64,000 nt of DNA from Fimbriosthenelais zetlandica (taxonomy: Eukaryota): contig OZ365109.1 of assembly GCA_977030845.1 (NCBI GenBank), positions 39,618,001 through 39,682,000 of the forward strand. The letters run 5' to 3'. The notes beneath the pieces are model-generated. The model was not told where the DNA came from. It did no database searches and worked only from the letters and a program-made list of their open reading frames with translations. Of the stretch, positions 56,901 to 64,000 are shown piece by piece (positions within the stretch are counted from its first letter, which is position 1; each line of letters starts with the position of its first letter). A program made the position numbers and the translations under genes.

Positions 56901-59900
56901 ACGTTATTTTCACCCTATCCATGAAGACCTCTACAAAAAGTATAATATCTTCCTTACAGTCAAGTTTCTCTGACTTGCAATGGTGTAGGGGGAAGTGTAA
57001 AATATGCAGACCTGGATTGAAAGGTTTATTTTTCCAAAGAGTCCCCGGTCTCTGTTCAGAGGCAATGCATAAACTCTGATGCATCAATTTACAGCTGAAA
57101 CTAGGAACTGTTGTTATCATTGTTAACACTACTATAAGAAAGCTGCGTATTGGATGAATGATTGACTGAATCCACTGCTCTTTGTTTGTGGCACCAGCAA
57201 ATTTGTCCAAAGCCACTTGTCATAAATTGTGCTGTGCACGGGGCCATTTTCTTGATGTATGTCTAACGATCTTAAAAGAAAATAGTAGGCTATGTATTAT
57301 ACCAAAGGTTGGTAATCTACATGAACAAGTCAAAGTTGGTAAAATATAGTTTAGATTTTCCCAATTGTAGGAGTATTAAATTAAGGCTGGGACTAAGTTA
57401 AACTACCGGAACCCATCCTCAAACAGGGCTTGTGTTCTTGTGAACGCTCACACCAATTTACAGTGTTGACTGCGATGCAAGATGTAAAATTGCTGACTAA
57501 TCTGTGTTGGATTCAAGATTGTCTTAACTGTGAATAAAGCCCGGACTCCACTGCTGCGATTTGCTTACGACAGTACTGCGACGAAGGTGTCACAATGAAA
57601 ACTGTACCATTGGAGGTTAAGGCCTTGGATACTTCAACCACAATTTACTAATTGTATTGTGACACAGGCATCATCTTTGTTGCAGTAGTGTCTTAAGCAA
57701 AATCTCAGCAGTGGAGAACGGGCTTTAGGGTGACTAATGTGGTAACTCCACTGGCAAGGCAAGGCATTGTACAACAATGCATTCACCTATGGTTTTACAA
57801 TGACCTGGGAGCTTATGGTTGTACAATGACCTGTGACAATGACTTGCGAGTATTGGGTTTTTCATTGCAATTTTCTACTTGGTCCCTGCTTTCGTGGGCT
57901 ATAGAGGAGCTACATACTCGCAATATAACTGCAAGAGTTGCAAAAATTGCGGTAAATGCAGCTGTCGCAAGCTGCCACAGAAATGTCAGCCGCAGGGGTT
58001 GGCCACCGGGCTGGCCACAACAGAAATTGCCATGTCATTGCTCGCAACAAAACCCAGGAGAGTTATCTCATAATTGATGTAATTTGCCTGACTTTTATTA
58101 ATGATTTCATGTCGTTTTATGTCCCATATACAGCCGGAGGTAACATTCATGTCATTTACTGCACTAAATTAACACTTGCAACAACCCTCACACATTACTC
58201 CAACTTTTGTTTGAAGCAGTTATTTGATATATTTTTTAAATAATTAAGTGGAGTATAATTCATAACCTATCTAGCCTAAACTGGAGACTAAACTTTGGAA
58301 AAAGTATCATTTTTTTCTCAAATTGAATTATGATGAATTAATAGCTACAAGGAAAGGGTGCTTATGGAAAGTAACTAACGAGAGGCAGTACATGAGGAAA
58401 ATTCTTTCTTTCAAAGAAATATTCTTGATTTCAAAGGCATAAATTAAACCTGTAATGATATAGATCTACATTATATCAAAATTCAGGAATCAGTAATTAC
58501 TATCTCTTATCTATTCCTACCATCCTTGCTCCAATTCATATTTCTTCAAATTTCTTTCTACAAATTGTCCCTAACCCTGAACCCCCTCTACAAAAAAGTT
58601 AAATAATCTGATGATTTCAGTCATTAGTTCAGTAGGAATCACAGAGTGGATCACTAAATCACAGAATCTCCCTCATCGGGGCCAGCCATAAAACAAATAT
58701 CTGTCATAGCTTGGATTTTCAGAAGGAGAGGAAATATTTCAACTCCCAGTACAACTTAATAAGCTCAGTAGCAAAATGTCAAACTTTACAAGTGTTTATG
58801 AACAAAACCTCTCAAATTGACCTGTATTTGATTCATGTCACGATTCATGATTTGATGTAATATGGTTTTTGTTCATCATAAACTAGAATTTGACATTATG
58901 CCATTGAACATTAATTGGTGGTGGTTTGTATATTTTTTGCACCAATTGTATGCATTGTCCAAGTTTATTCTATTGGCATCATGGACCTCTAGTAAAACAG
59001 ACCCTTGATTGAGGATAAAATGCTCTTATTTTGCAGAATACAATACTTGACTCGGTGTCATATTTGGTTCTGATGGTGATTTATCTAATTAAGTTCAGGC
59101 CCGCTCATTCTCCCCCTCTCTCCCTACTAACTTAAAAATTATCATTAACTAACAAATGCTGAATTAATGAATGGAAAATGAAACAAAAATGAACGCTCCC
59201 TTCTCAAGTCTCACGTGAAGTCACGTGCTGCACGAGAAATCATGTCATTTGTATTTATGCTCAATTTTGTGCTGAACTAAATTTTTTAAAGTAGAAATTT
59301 GAAATAATGATTCCTTGAAATCATAATTATGCCATTTTGAATTTCCAGGAAGGCATTGTCATTTTAAAACTTTAATTAAAGAACACAGTATTGGAACATC
59401 ATTTGACAGAAAAGAAATTGAAAGAACTTACTTTTAAACCTTCTTCTATTTATTTTAAAATTACAATATTAAATTTTGATTAGGGGAGTTTTCATTTTTT
59501 GTTTGAGGCCCATACGTTGGATCGGGTTCAATGGCTGCTATACGAGGCAAATACTTTTGCTTGAAAAAAATGCGTCTTAATGCTTACAAAATCCCTAGCA
59601 TTGCCTGCATAGTTCCTGTCAGTTCTCCAAGGTTAAGATTTAAATAGCAGCTTTAACCCTTGAAATAATAATGATCATGAGTTTAAATATATGAACTAGG
59701 GCTACGAGAAATATTCGGGTTAAGAGGGTTAATCCTCAATGCATCAATCCCCTGGAACCCTGCTGAATGAAACACTCTAAAAATTAGATGGAAATTTATA
59801 ACAGAGTCTTGGACTGTTATAATGTGCATTATCACACCTGACGAGTATGTTTTAGAGTGTTTGTTGTATATATGTTTGCTGGATTAGTATGGTAGTCACT

Positions 59901-62162
59901 GTAAACAAAATAAAAAAAAAAGGCACTGTACTACAAGTAGGTCTACACAATGCATTATTGATGCAGTAATTGTTAGTAGAAACACCCTATATCAGTGTGT
60001 GTAGGTTTTCAGGCAATTACGTAATTTCAGCATTTACAAATTCCATAAAAATAGCATGAAAGTTACTCATTGTCAATCCCATCTTCCATCAAAGACTATA
60101 TCATATTACAAACAACATTTTCAAATAGAATAATTATCTTTTTCGTCAAAACATTTTTTTGGAATAAAACTGTAATGTTTGAAAAATTCATTTGTTTAAT
60201 TGCCTGACTTGCGTCTTTGGTACCTATTAATGAATATTTTCTTTCATAACGGTTGATCAGCGTAAATTAACAACAACATTTTAAGCGTCCAGGGACCCAT
60301 TTTATAAAGATTGTTGCTTATGAAATGGGCAAGAGTAAAACATAGCCTGCTACCAAGCCTCCCCTCGCATTTCTCTCCTCTGCTTACCTTTATCTATAAT
60401 TCTCCCAAATGCAATAAAAATGCTTGAATATTCAGTATTCTTCCATAGTAGTATCATACATATAGCTCTTATGTAGAGAATTTCTGTATTGTTGTGATTG
60501 ATATTGATTTATTTATAATACTAATTTAATTTCTTTTCTCAGTATGTAGACAAAATGAGCATGGTAAATCTTTTCGAGTAGAATTGTTTAATTTGTTTTC
60601 CTTAATAATGGCATGGATATTGGGGTTGTCTGGGTGAACATCATTGAATTTAAGTTGACTTTGTCTAAAGTTTGAATGGTTATTATTGCAGGAAGAGAAG
60701 AAAAGTTTTAAAGAAAAGCTCCAACAAATACAGGAGGTTTGTTTACAAGTACAAGAAGGTATGGATATGGCTGCTTCCATGGGGGAAAGGGTGAAAAAGT
60801 GAGTTATTTTTAAGATTTTGTCCCCAATAAACTTCATATATTTATATTAAGGGAGTTGAATTATTCTGCTTCCAGCTGTAATATCATGGTTATTGGAAAA
60901 AGTTCATTCAATTTTTAATTGAAAACAAACCACCACGTTTTTCATGTTTAATACTAAGGCTAATGACATTCCTATTTTTTCAGCACCTTTAACTGGACAG
61001 TACCCTGGTTGTCATGGCTAGCCTTCATTGTTCTCTCCATAGCAACTCTGGTGCTATACTACGTGCCCATTAGATACCTTATTATGGCGTGGGGTAAGTT
61101 ACCATCTCACGTTCATTAGTTATTCTTGGACATTGAATTACTGCAGTAGAATCATTACCCTGTATTTTTGTGACCGTACATGAATTTCTTTTACTTAATT
61201 ATAAGATCGAATGAAACGTATTGCATCGTCAATATTCTCGAATTAGACAGCTCTGACAATAAAGCCTTCTGTGTGTAAGGTTTGATCAAGATCGAAGCAA
61301 TTTTCATTCCATTGATGTCATGACGTCATTGTGTGACGTCATTATGACATCATAATAATTATTGGATTAATAATTAATCAATTATTGGATCAATACTCCA
61401 GACACAACTAATTATAAGCCCCCTCTTGTAGGATAAATGGTATGAAATGGAATTAATTTTTATTTTATATGATGTTAACTTGAACAATATATCAAACGAA
61501 ACAAGTTGCAGATAAAAAATATATCTTTAACTCTATTAATGCTGCTTATATATGTATGCTGCAAACTGTACTGCATATCGTACTCCTTTAGAACACAATG
61601 ATCTTATTTGCATATTGCCATGGTTATTTTCAGGGATAAACAAGTTCACCAAGAAGTTGCGCGCACCAAATGCCATTCCCAATAACGAGCTGTTGGACTA
61701 TCTGTCACGCATTCCATCTGACAAAGAACTGGTCAGTTTTTGTTTTTATTTTATTTTTATTTATTCTATGCAAGTGACATTCAATTCTCATGAAACTGGT
61801 TGTAATAAATGTTTGTGAGGCTCTCACTATGTAATTTACACTGACAGATTGAATCTGTGACTTTTTGTCTGTCAGTCCAGGAAAATATTTTGTCATGACA
61901 TGACCAAATTCAGAAAAGGGCCCTCCATTTGGTAGCAACAGGGAAGAGATGATGTTCAGGACCTTGTTTTTTTTTCCACTTGAATAATATCATCAATCCA
62001 TTTTGTATTTTTCATGTGAGCACTTGCGATTCATGAGTAATTTACACACCTAATTATATGAATAATAACGAGGCTAATTTGCATATTTTTTAACAGATAA
62101 TGTATCGGGACCTCCGGCCCGATCCGAACATAGGTACAATGAAGAAAAAACGGTCCACATGA
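5477..62162 (+). CDS. MCTP: MCTP (multiple C2 and transmembrane domain-containing protein, MCTP1/2-like), spliced gene model, about 761 aa
   Basis: join(5477-5665,16673-16781,19458-19680,24510-24633,38423-38599,43060-43190,47666-47852,48166-48220,48375-48516,49165-49267,[50656-50757 or 51805-51906],52627-52701,53023-53142,53533-53652,53927-53974,60692-60798,60984-61093,61634-61731,62097-62162) = 2286 nt. All introns are GT-AG with matching phases. Three C2 domains with SDPY/SDPF and D-x-D motifs are followed by hydrophobic segments. The first exon is less certain than the rest. Confidence 0.92.
6004..6102. repeat. 44-bp tandem duplication
   Basis: ccagccatgtcccccacggtctatggtgagagtcatgtaaaagg occurs twice, plus a partial third unit. 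Confidence 0.9.
9111..9273. mobile_element. MITE family B (Kolobok-like: TTAA target site, AG...CT termini)
   Basis: TTAA|agcc...ggct|TTAA with about 50-60 bp TIRs. Other copies at 7220-7412, 21253-21433 and 57538-57724, with fragments near 11295-11345 and 29300-29365. Confidence 0.7.
10748..10951 (+). CDS. MCTP: Candidate alternative first coding exon B (MTLECLW...[16 protein letters not shown]...SCLNS, 68 aa)
   Basis: CpG-rich ORF from gtcATG to a phase-0 donor TCG|GTGAGC, compatible with the exon at 16673. Confidence 0.55.
11634..11851. mobile_element. MITE family A (about 215 bp, long imperfect TIRs starting TGTTGTACAAG); representative of 11 copies
   Basis: Copies at about 1188-1394, 11634-11851, 19756-19950, 20819-20915, 22339-22512, 22735-22920, 23518-23715, 26543-26761, 32289-32461, 47283-47370 and 56408-56624, in both orientations. 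Confidence 0.85.
13178..13268 (+). mobile_element. SINE family 2, 3' tail fragment ending in (TCAA)n
   Basis: Near-identical to 46704-46757, followed by aaaccccaattcaatcaatcaatcaa. Confidence 0.8.
13730..14045. repeat. (CT)n-rich microsatellite tract
   Basis: Long polypyrimidine ctctct/ctcg/ctcc repeats. Confidence 0.95.
14881..14965. repeat. (CT)n followed by (AT)/(ATCT) microsatellite
   Basis: Directly visible. Confidence 0.9.
15430..15582 (+). mobile_element. SINE family 2, 5' part
   Basis: ggtcgctggttcgaaccgcggccgggtcataccaaagact...actagtggctccctcgcttggcactc matches the other copies. Confidence 0.8.
16673..16781 (+). CDS. MCTP: MCTP exon, start of C2A ([37 protein letters not shown])
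   Basis: ttattctag| acceptor, G|gtaggt donor (phase 1), C2 beta-1 strand and first Ca-binding Asp. Confidence 0.92.
16791..16927. repeat. 31-bp minisatellite with ABAB higher-order structure
   Basis: gtatactgcccctttaagg at 16799, 16830, 16861 and 16892 with alternating tails. Confidence 0.9.
17243..17302. repeat. (CCCT)n microsatellite
   Basis: Directly visible. Confidence 0.95.
18445..18712. mobile_element. Family C element copy
   Basis: Aligns with 47400-47645 (gacgcgta...cccgccactga...tatgactaaaatatctc). Confidence 0.6.
19458..19680 (+). CDS. MCTP: MCTP exon, C2A core ([11 protein letters not shown]...[14 protein letters not shown]...ELN)
   Basis: Long poly-T tract then cag| acceptor, gtaagt donor, canonical C2 motifs. 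Confidence 0.97.
20625..20820. repeat. GA-rich low-complexity tract
   Basis: Purine-rich gagaga/gggaga repeats. Confidence 0.85.
22945..23110 (+). repeat. 21-bp minisatellite array
   Basis: gggtccagtctc units at 21-bp spacing. Confidence 0.85.
24510..24633 (+). CDS. MCTP: MCTP exon, end of C2A ([11 protein letters not shown]...[20 protein letters not shown])
   Basis: cttgcag| acceptor in phase 2, CAG|gtaaga donor in phase 0. Confidence 0.93.
24998..26086. mobile_element. Possible 1.1-kb Kolobok-like non-autonomous element
   Basis: ttaa|GGTGGAGTTAG at the left and CTAATCTGCACC|ttcg at the right form degenerate inverted ends. Single copy in the window. Confidence 0.35.
26543..26761. mobile_element. 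MITE family A, full-length copy in the opposite orientation
   Basis: gttgtacaaggaacctcgccaatgg...ccctcgccattgatgatttccttgtacaac. Confidence 0.85.
27219..27239 (+). CDS. MCTP: Candidate 21-nt microexon (ENRDHRI) in the C2A-C2B linker
   Basis: gtatttttcgccttgtag|GAGAATCGGGACCATCGCATA|gtaagt. Symmetric phase 0, no stop. Confidence 0.55.
30014..30185. repeat. 40-44 bp tandem repeat, 4 units, each with an internal ggcaata...tattgcc palindrome
   Basis: tttagggcaatac at 30014, 30055, 30095 and 30139. Confidence 0.9.
35510..35602 (+). CDS. MCTP: Candidate internal alternative first exon C ([31 protein letters not shown], 31 aa)
   Basis: gatATGG start context, in-frame upstream TGA at 35498, phase-0 donor GCT|gtaagt matching the exon at 38423. 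Confidence 0.6.
38423..38599 (+). CDS. MCTP: MCTP exon, linker and first half of C2B (YFKKANK...[14 protein letters not shown]...[17 protein letters not shown])
   Basis: gtttgcag| acceptor, AAG|gtatgt donor, C2 motifs. Confidence 0.97.
38600..38965 (+). repeat. Minisatellite of about 26-36 bp, about 12 units, starting at the exon donor site
   Basis: Core ccaagattctcacttgg followed by gtatgt in most units. Confidence 0.9.
40372..40413 (+). CDS. MCTP: Candidate 42-nt cassette exon ([14 protein letters not shown]) inside C2B
   Basis: tctatcttcag| acceptor with branch-like TACTGAT about 30 nt upstream, CAT|gtaggc donor, symmetric phase 0, CpG-rich. Confidence 0.45.
41532..41820 (+). mobile_element. 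tRNA-derived SINE (family 2), near full length
   Basis: A-box GGTGTAGTGGTTAGAG, B-box GGTTCAAACC, body and tail shared with the other copies. Confidence 0.85.
43060..43190 (+). CDS. MCTP: MCTP exon, C2B ([17 protein letters not shown]...[15 protein letters not shown])
   Basis: ttttttcag| acceptor, AG|gtcagt donor, KTLNP and D-x-D motifs. Confidence 0.97.
43249..44330. mobile_element. Non-autonomous DNA transposon, 1082 bp, 16-bp TIR ATGCCTAGTTTACACT, inserted in the SINE A-box
   Basis: Perfect inverted ends flanked by TA on both sides (or a TTA/TAA target as in PIF-Harbinger). No transposase ORF is visible. Confidence 0.8.
44403..46555. mobile_element. Non-autonomous DNA transposon, 2153 bp, TIR CACTGTCC, TA target duplication (CMC/EnSpm-like)
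   Basis: gacTA|cactgtcc...ggacagtg|TAgtgg; removing it restores gacTAgtgg of the intact SINE. Subterminal CGTAAG repeats. Confidence 0.8.
47387..47645. mobile_element. hAT-like non-autonomous element (family C, end CAGGGTTCCCAGCA), truncated
   Basis: Homologous to 18445-18712. The matching inverted end tgctgggaacccta is at about 21857 and another 5' end is at 40121. Confidence 0.6.
47666..47852 (+). CDS. MCTP: MCTP exon, end of C2B and linker ([14 protein letters not shown]...EQIVCKH)
   Basis: tttacag| acceptor in phase 2, CAT|gtaagc donor. Confidence 0.95.
48166..48220 (+). CDS. MCTP: MCTP exon, start of C2C ([19 protein letters not shown])
   Basis: gtttcag| acceptor, G|gtaaaa donor in phase 1. 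Confidence 0.93.
48375..48516 (+). CDS. MCTP: MCTP exon, C2C ([23 protein letters not shown]...EWGKVFT)
   Basis: tttccag| acceptor, gtaagt donor, SDPF motif. Confidence 0.96.
49165..49267 (+). CDS. MCTP: MCTP exon, C2C ([34 protein letters not shown])
   Basis: ctctttag| acceptor, CGG|gtgagt donor. Confidence 0.96.
50330..50528 (+). mobile_element. SINE family 2, body and tail, lying between short inverted ends gtggatccag (about 50217) and ctggatccac (about 50530)
   Basis: Shared body with a 14-bp hairpin tgaggtatcatgtc/gacatgatacctca. Confidence 0.75.
50656..50757 (+). CDS. MCTP: MCTP duplicated exon variant a ([34 protein letters not shown])
   Basis: ctttcag| acceptor, CAT|gtaggt donor, 102 nt, phase 0-0. 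Confidence 0.92.
51805..51906 (+). CDS. MCTP: MCTP duplicated exon variant b ([34 protein letters not shown])
   Basis: gtttacag| acceptor with CTAAC branch-like motif upstream, CAT|gtgagc donor, 102 nt, phase 0-0. Confidence 0.92.
52627..52701 (+). CDS. MCTP: MCTP exon ([25 protein letters not shown])
   Basis: ttgacag| acceptor, gtaagt donor, sequence typical of the MCTP segment after C2C. Confidence 0.95.
53023..53142 (+). CDS. MCTP: MCTP exon (VMKRNIDRV...[16 protein letters not shown])
   Basis: tcttcag| acceptor, gtgagt donor. Confidence 0.95.
53246..53452 (+). repeat. 21-bp minisatellite (CTGCAGGTTGGGTCCAGTCTC)n, about 9 units
   Basis: Direct tandem units. Related arrays at about 2020-2460 (inverted), 22945-23110, 24205-24420 and 36570-36680. 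Confidence 0.9.
53533..53652 (+). CDS. MCTP: MCTP exon, first hydrophobic membrane segment ([25 protein letters not shown]...KEDD)
   Basis: gctccag| acceptor, gtgagt donor, hydrophobic stretch. Confidence 0.95.
53927..53974 (+). CDS. MCTP: MCTP exon, acidic loop ([16 protein letters not shown])
   Basis: taacag| acceptor, AAG|gtaaga donor. Confidence 0.93.
54723..54728 (+). CDS. MCTP: Candidate 6-nt microexon (RK)
   Basis: ttgtcttccttgtctattcttcatctcag|CGCAAG|gtaaatag, phase 0. Confidence 0.55.
55539..55544 (+). CDS. MCTP: Candidate 6-nt microexon (QK)
   Basis: tttctgccccattgtttgcacatgacag|CAAAAG|gtaaatag, phase 0, TGC close upstream of the acceptor. Confidence 0.55.
56408..56624. mobile_element. 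MITE family A, full-length copy
   Basis: Same TIRs and core as the 26543 copy. Confidence 0.8.
57538..57724. mobile_element. MITE family B copy
   Basis: agcccggactccactgctgcgat...ctcagcagtggagaacgggct inverted ends. Confidence 0.75.
60692..60798 (+). CDS. MCTP: MCTP exon ([36 protein letters not shown])
   Basis: attgcag| acceptor, gtgagt donor. Confidence 0.96.
60984..61093 (+). CDS. MCTP: MCTP exon, second hydrophobic segment ([37 protein letters not shown])
   Basis: ttttttcag| acceptor, G|gtaagt donor, FNWTVPWLS and P-x-RY-x-x-x-x-WG motifs. Confidence 0.97.
61634..61731 (+). CDS. MCTP: MCTP exon ([32 protein letters not shown])
   Basis: attttcag| acceptor, CTG|gtcagt donor, NNELLD-x-LSR-x-PSD motif. 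Confidence 0.96.
62097..62162 (+). CDS. MCTP: MCTP last coding exon ([21 protein letters not shown])
   Basis: ttttttaacag| acceptor in phase 0, TGA stop after a basic KKKR tail. Confidence 0.88.
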   Translation: MMYRDLRPDPNIGTMKKKRST

Positions 62163-62420
62163 GAGCACGCCCTCCACCACCATCACCAGCTGAGGGCGTG
62201 TGTGAAGACAACTCCACGTGGCTTCCATTTTGTACCTTGTTCTTCCTGCCAGACTCAGTACAAGTCTTTCACGGACCAGCTTCACTCCAACTCCTGGTCA
62301 TCAACACCTCGTTATTCTCTGTGGTGCCTTCTATTTGTCCCAAAATGAAATTAGCAATTAAAATGTCGGCTGTAGCGCATGGGATGTGCTCCTGGGTTCA
62401 GTAAGGTGGATGTGCAATCT

Positions 62421-62770
62421 AAGCTTACTTCTGATTGGTCAACCAGAAGAGAGCTGACTTCTGATTGGTCAGCCATACGGTGGTTGACTTCTGAGTGGTC
62501 ATCCTTAGCCTGCCTGTGATTGGACAGCCGTTTGGTTGCAAGGCAATGCTTCCAATTGGCTGTCCGAAAGTCAGGTGGTTTCTGATTGGCCGTCCCGAAG
62601 GTAGCTTATATTTGATTGGGCATTCAATATCTTACTTCTGATTGGATATCCCTGAGGTAGCTTGCTTCTTATTGGTGAATCTGTAGTCAGGTGACCTATT
62701 TGGACATTGTCAGGGTAGCTTATTTCTGATTCGGCATCCTGAGACTAGCTTACTTCTGATTGGATGTCCA
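62421..62770. repeat. Degenerate tandem array of 12 units with core CTGATTGG (CCAATCAG on the minus strand), modal period 30 bp
   Basis: Cores at 62431, 62461, 62491, 62516, 62552, 62582, 62612, 62638, 62668, 62696, 62726 and 62756. Confidence 0.85.
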
Positions 62771-64000
62771 GGAACCCGCAATTTTCTGAAAGAACATCCA
62801 AGGCTGCTGATAGGGCTTGACCTCATTTGGGATGCCATGGCAACGAGGTCAAAGCAACGTCATTTCCGGCTGTGACAGGTCAAAAATATGCATGACTTCA
62901 GGCACTCTTGGTGTTCTCTTACTTTGGGACTGGATTGACATGTAAATATATATATAACAAACATTGTAACACTGTCACGTGTTATTTTATCTATGGTGCT
63001 GATCTCAAAGTAATACGCACCGTCACAACTGAGCTACAATAACCGCTCACTAACCTTATTATTTATGAATGATATGCTCACTCATGGCTCTTACTTTTCC
63101 ATACTTTCATTTCTTGTTGGTCCCATCTCCACATGCATTTAGATCATCCATTAATTAATGCACTGGCTACTGAAGTAGTTGTAATAGGATTATATACGTC
63201 CGTTTATATATATTAGATCACTGTTATCTGTTATTAAATGTGCTCAAATTTAAGCCTAATTGGCTTATTAGTCTCCCTAATGAGATTGTCGCTAGTTTCC
63301 CTTATTACAATTAGGGAAAATGTCTTAAGTTTACTGTTAAAAATGGGGGAAATCGGCTGTTATGATATGATTGAATTCCATGATCCTACCATTCCAGAAA
63401 ATTAACCTTTTTACCACAACGAGGACGTTACGTCATACTGTGATTGTTTTTTCTTGTTTTCAAGAAGGGAGAGTTCTACTTCCTCAAGTCCTCAGTTTAG
63501 TTCAACCAAGTGTTCCTTATATGGAGGTAAAGACAAAGCCAGAGAGACTGTGGTATAAGTGTTGTCGATTATTGGTGTGCAACAAATTAACTTTCATCCA
63601 GGGTGAATCGATACGAAACTAACCCAAAAGAACTTGTTCGATCGCAAACTAAAATGTATTATTTCAGCTGCCAGATATTTTGCTATGCAAAAAATACACT
63701 AATACCTAATTGTAGAATGCACGTGCACCACAGGAAAGAGAACTGTTACAGTTTTTTCTGTCAATTCATTGTAAATTTGTGTTTGTTTAAAGGCAGCTTT
63801 TATGTGGGATTCCAGTGAAACCTTTAGGGTTGTCATCATAGGAAGGTCATATGTCTAAACTTCGTTTTAACCTTCTGTGCTCACAGAGAAAAATTCTATT
63901 GTCCTATTATTCATTTGGCAGTGAGAGGTTTGACATTGTTACTCTAATGGTTGTATATATCAATTCATGGTAATAGACACTTTAACATTTTATTCTACAA

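Noticed and set aside
59037-59054. ttttgcag|18 nt (NTILDS)|gtgtca microexon candidate
   Set aside because: The donor is too weak to support without reads.
62163-62348. Stop-codon readthrough extension of about 61 aa
   Set aside because: The stop context is TGA-GAG rather than the leaky TGA-CTA(G), and there is no conservation evidence.
30014-62770. Repeat-spacer-like arrays (30014, 38600, 62421) as possible CRISPR arrays
   Set aside because: The context is an intron-rich eukaryotic gene, the spacers are short and related to each other, and there are no cas genes; these are minisatellites.

Overview
AT-rich eukaryotic genomic DNA from an invertebrate, probably a lophotrochozoan or mollusc judging only from the repeat content. 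There are no prokaryotic genes, CRISPR arrays or intact RNA genes. Almost the whole window is one intron-rich + strand gene, MCTP (multiple C2 and transmembrane domain protein). I mapped 18 core exons by hand from 16673 to the stop at 62162, counting the duplicated exon once, and all splice phases are consistent. With the candidate first exon at 5477 the ORF is 2286 nt (761 aa). It encodes three Ca2+-type C2 domains and a C-terminal membrane region. The most notable signal is an apparently rich alternative-splicing repertoire: a tandemly duplicated, probably mutually exclusive 102-nt exon pair in C2C; twin 6-nt microexons sharing the donor AAG|GTAAATAG; a 21-nt microexon; a basic 42-nt cassette exon inside C2B; and three candidate first exons, one of which would remove C2A. 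The introns hold tRNA-SINEs, several MITE families and minisatellites. One SINE copy has been split by two separate DNA-transposon insertions. An array of 12 CCAAT-like boxes with about 30-bp spacing lies downstream of the stop codon. Most ORF-track entries are spurious. All alternative exons are sequence-based predictions without transcript evidence.
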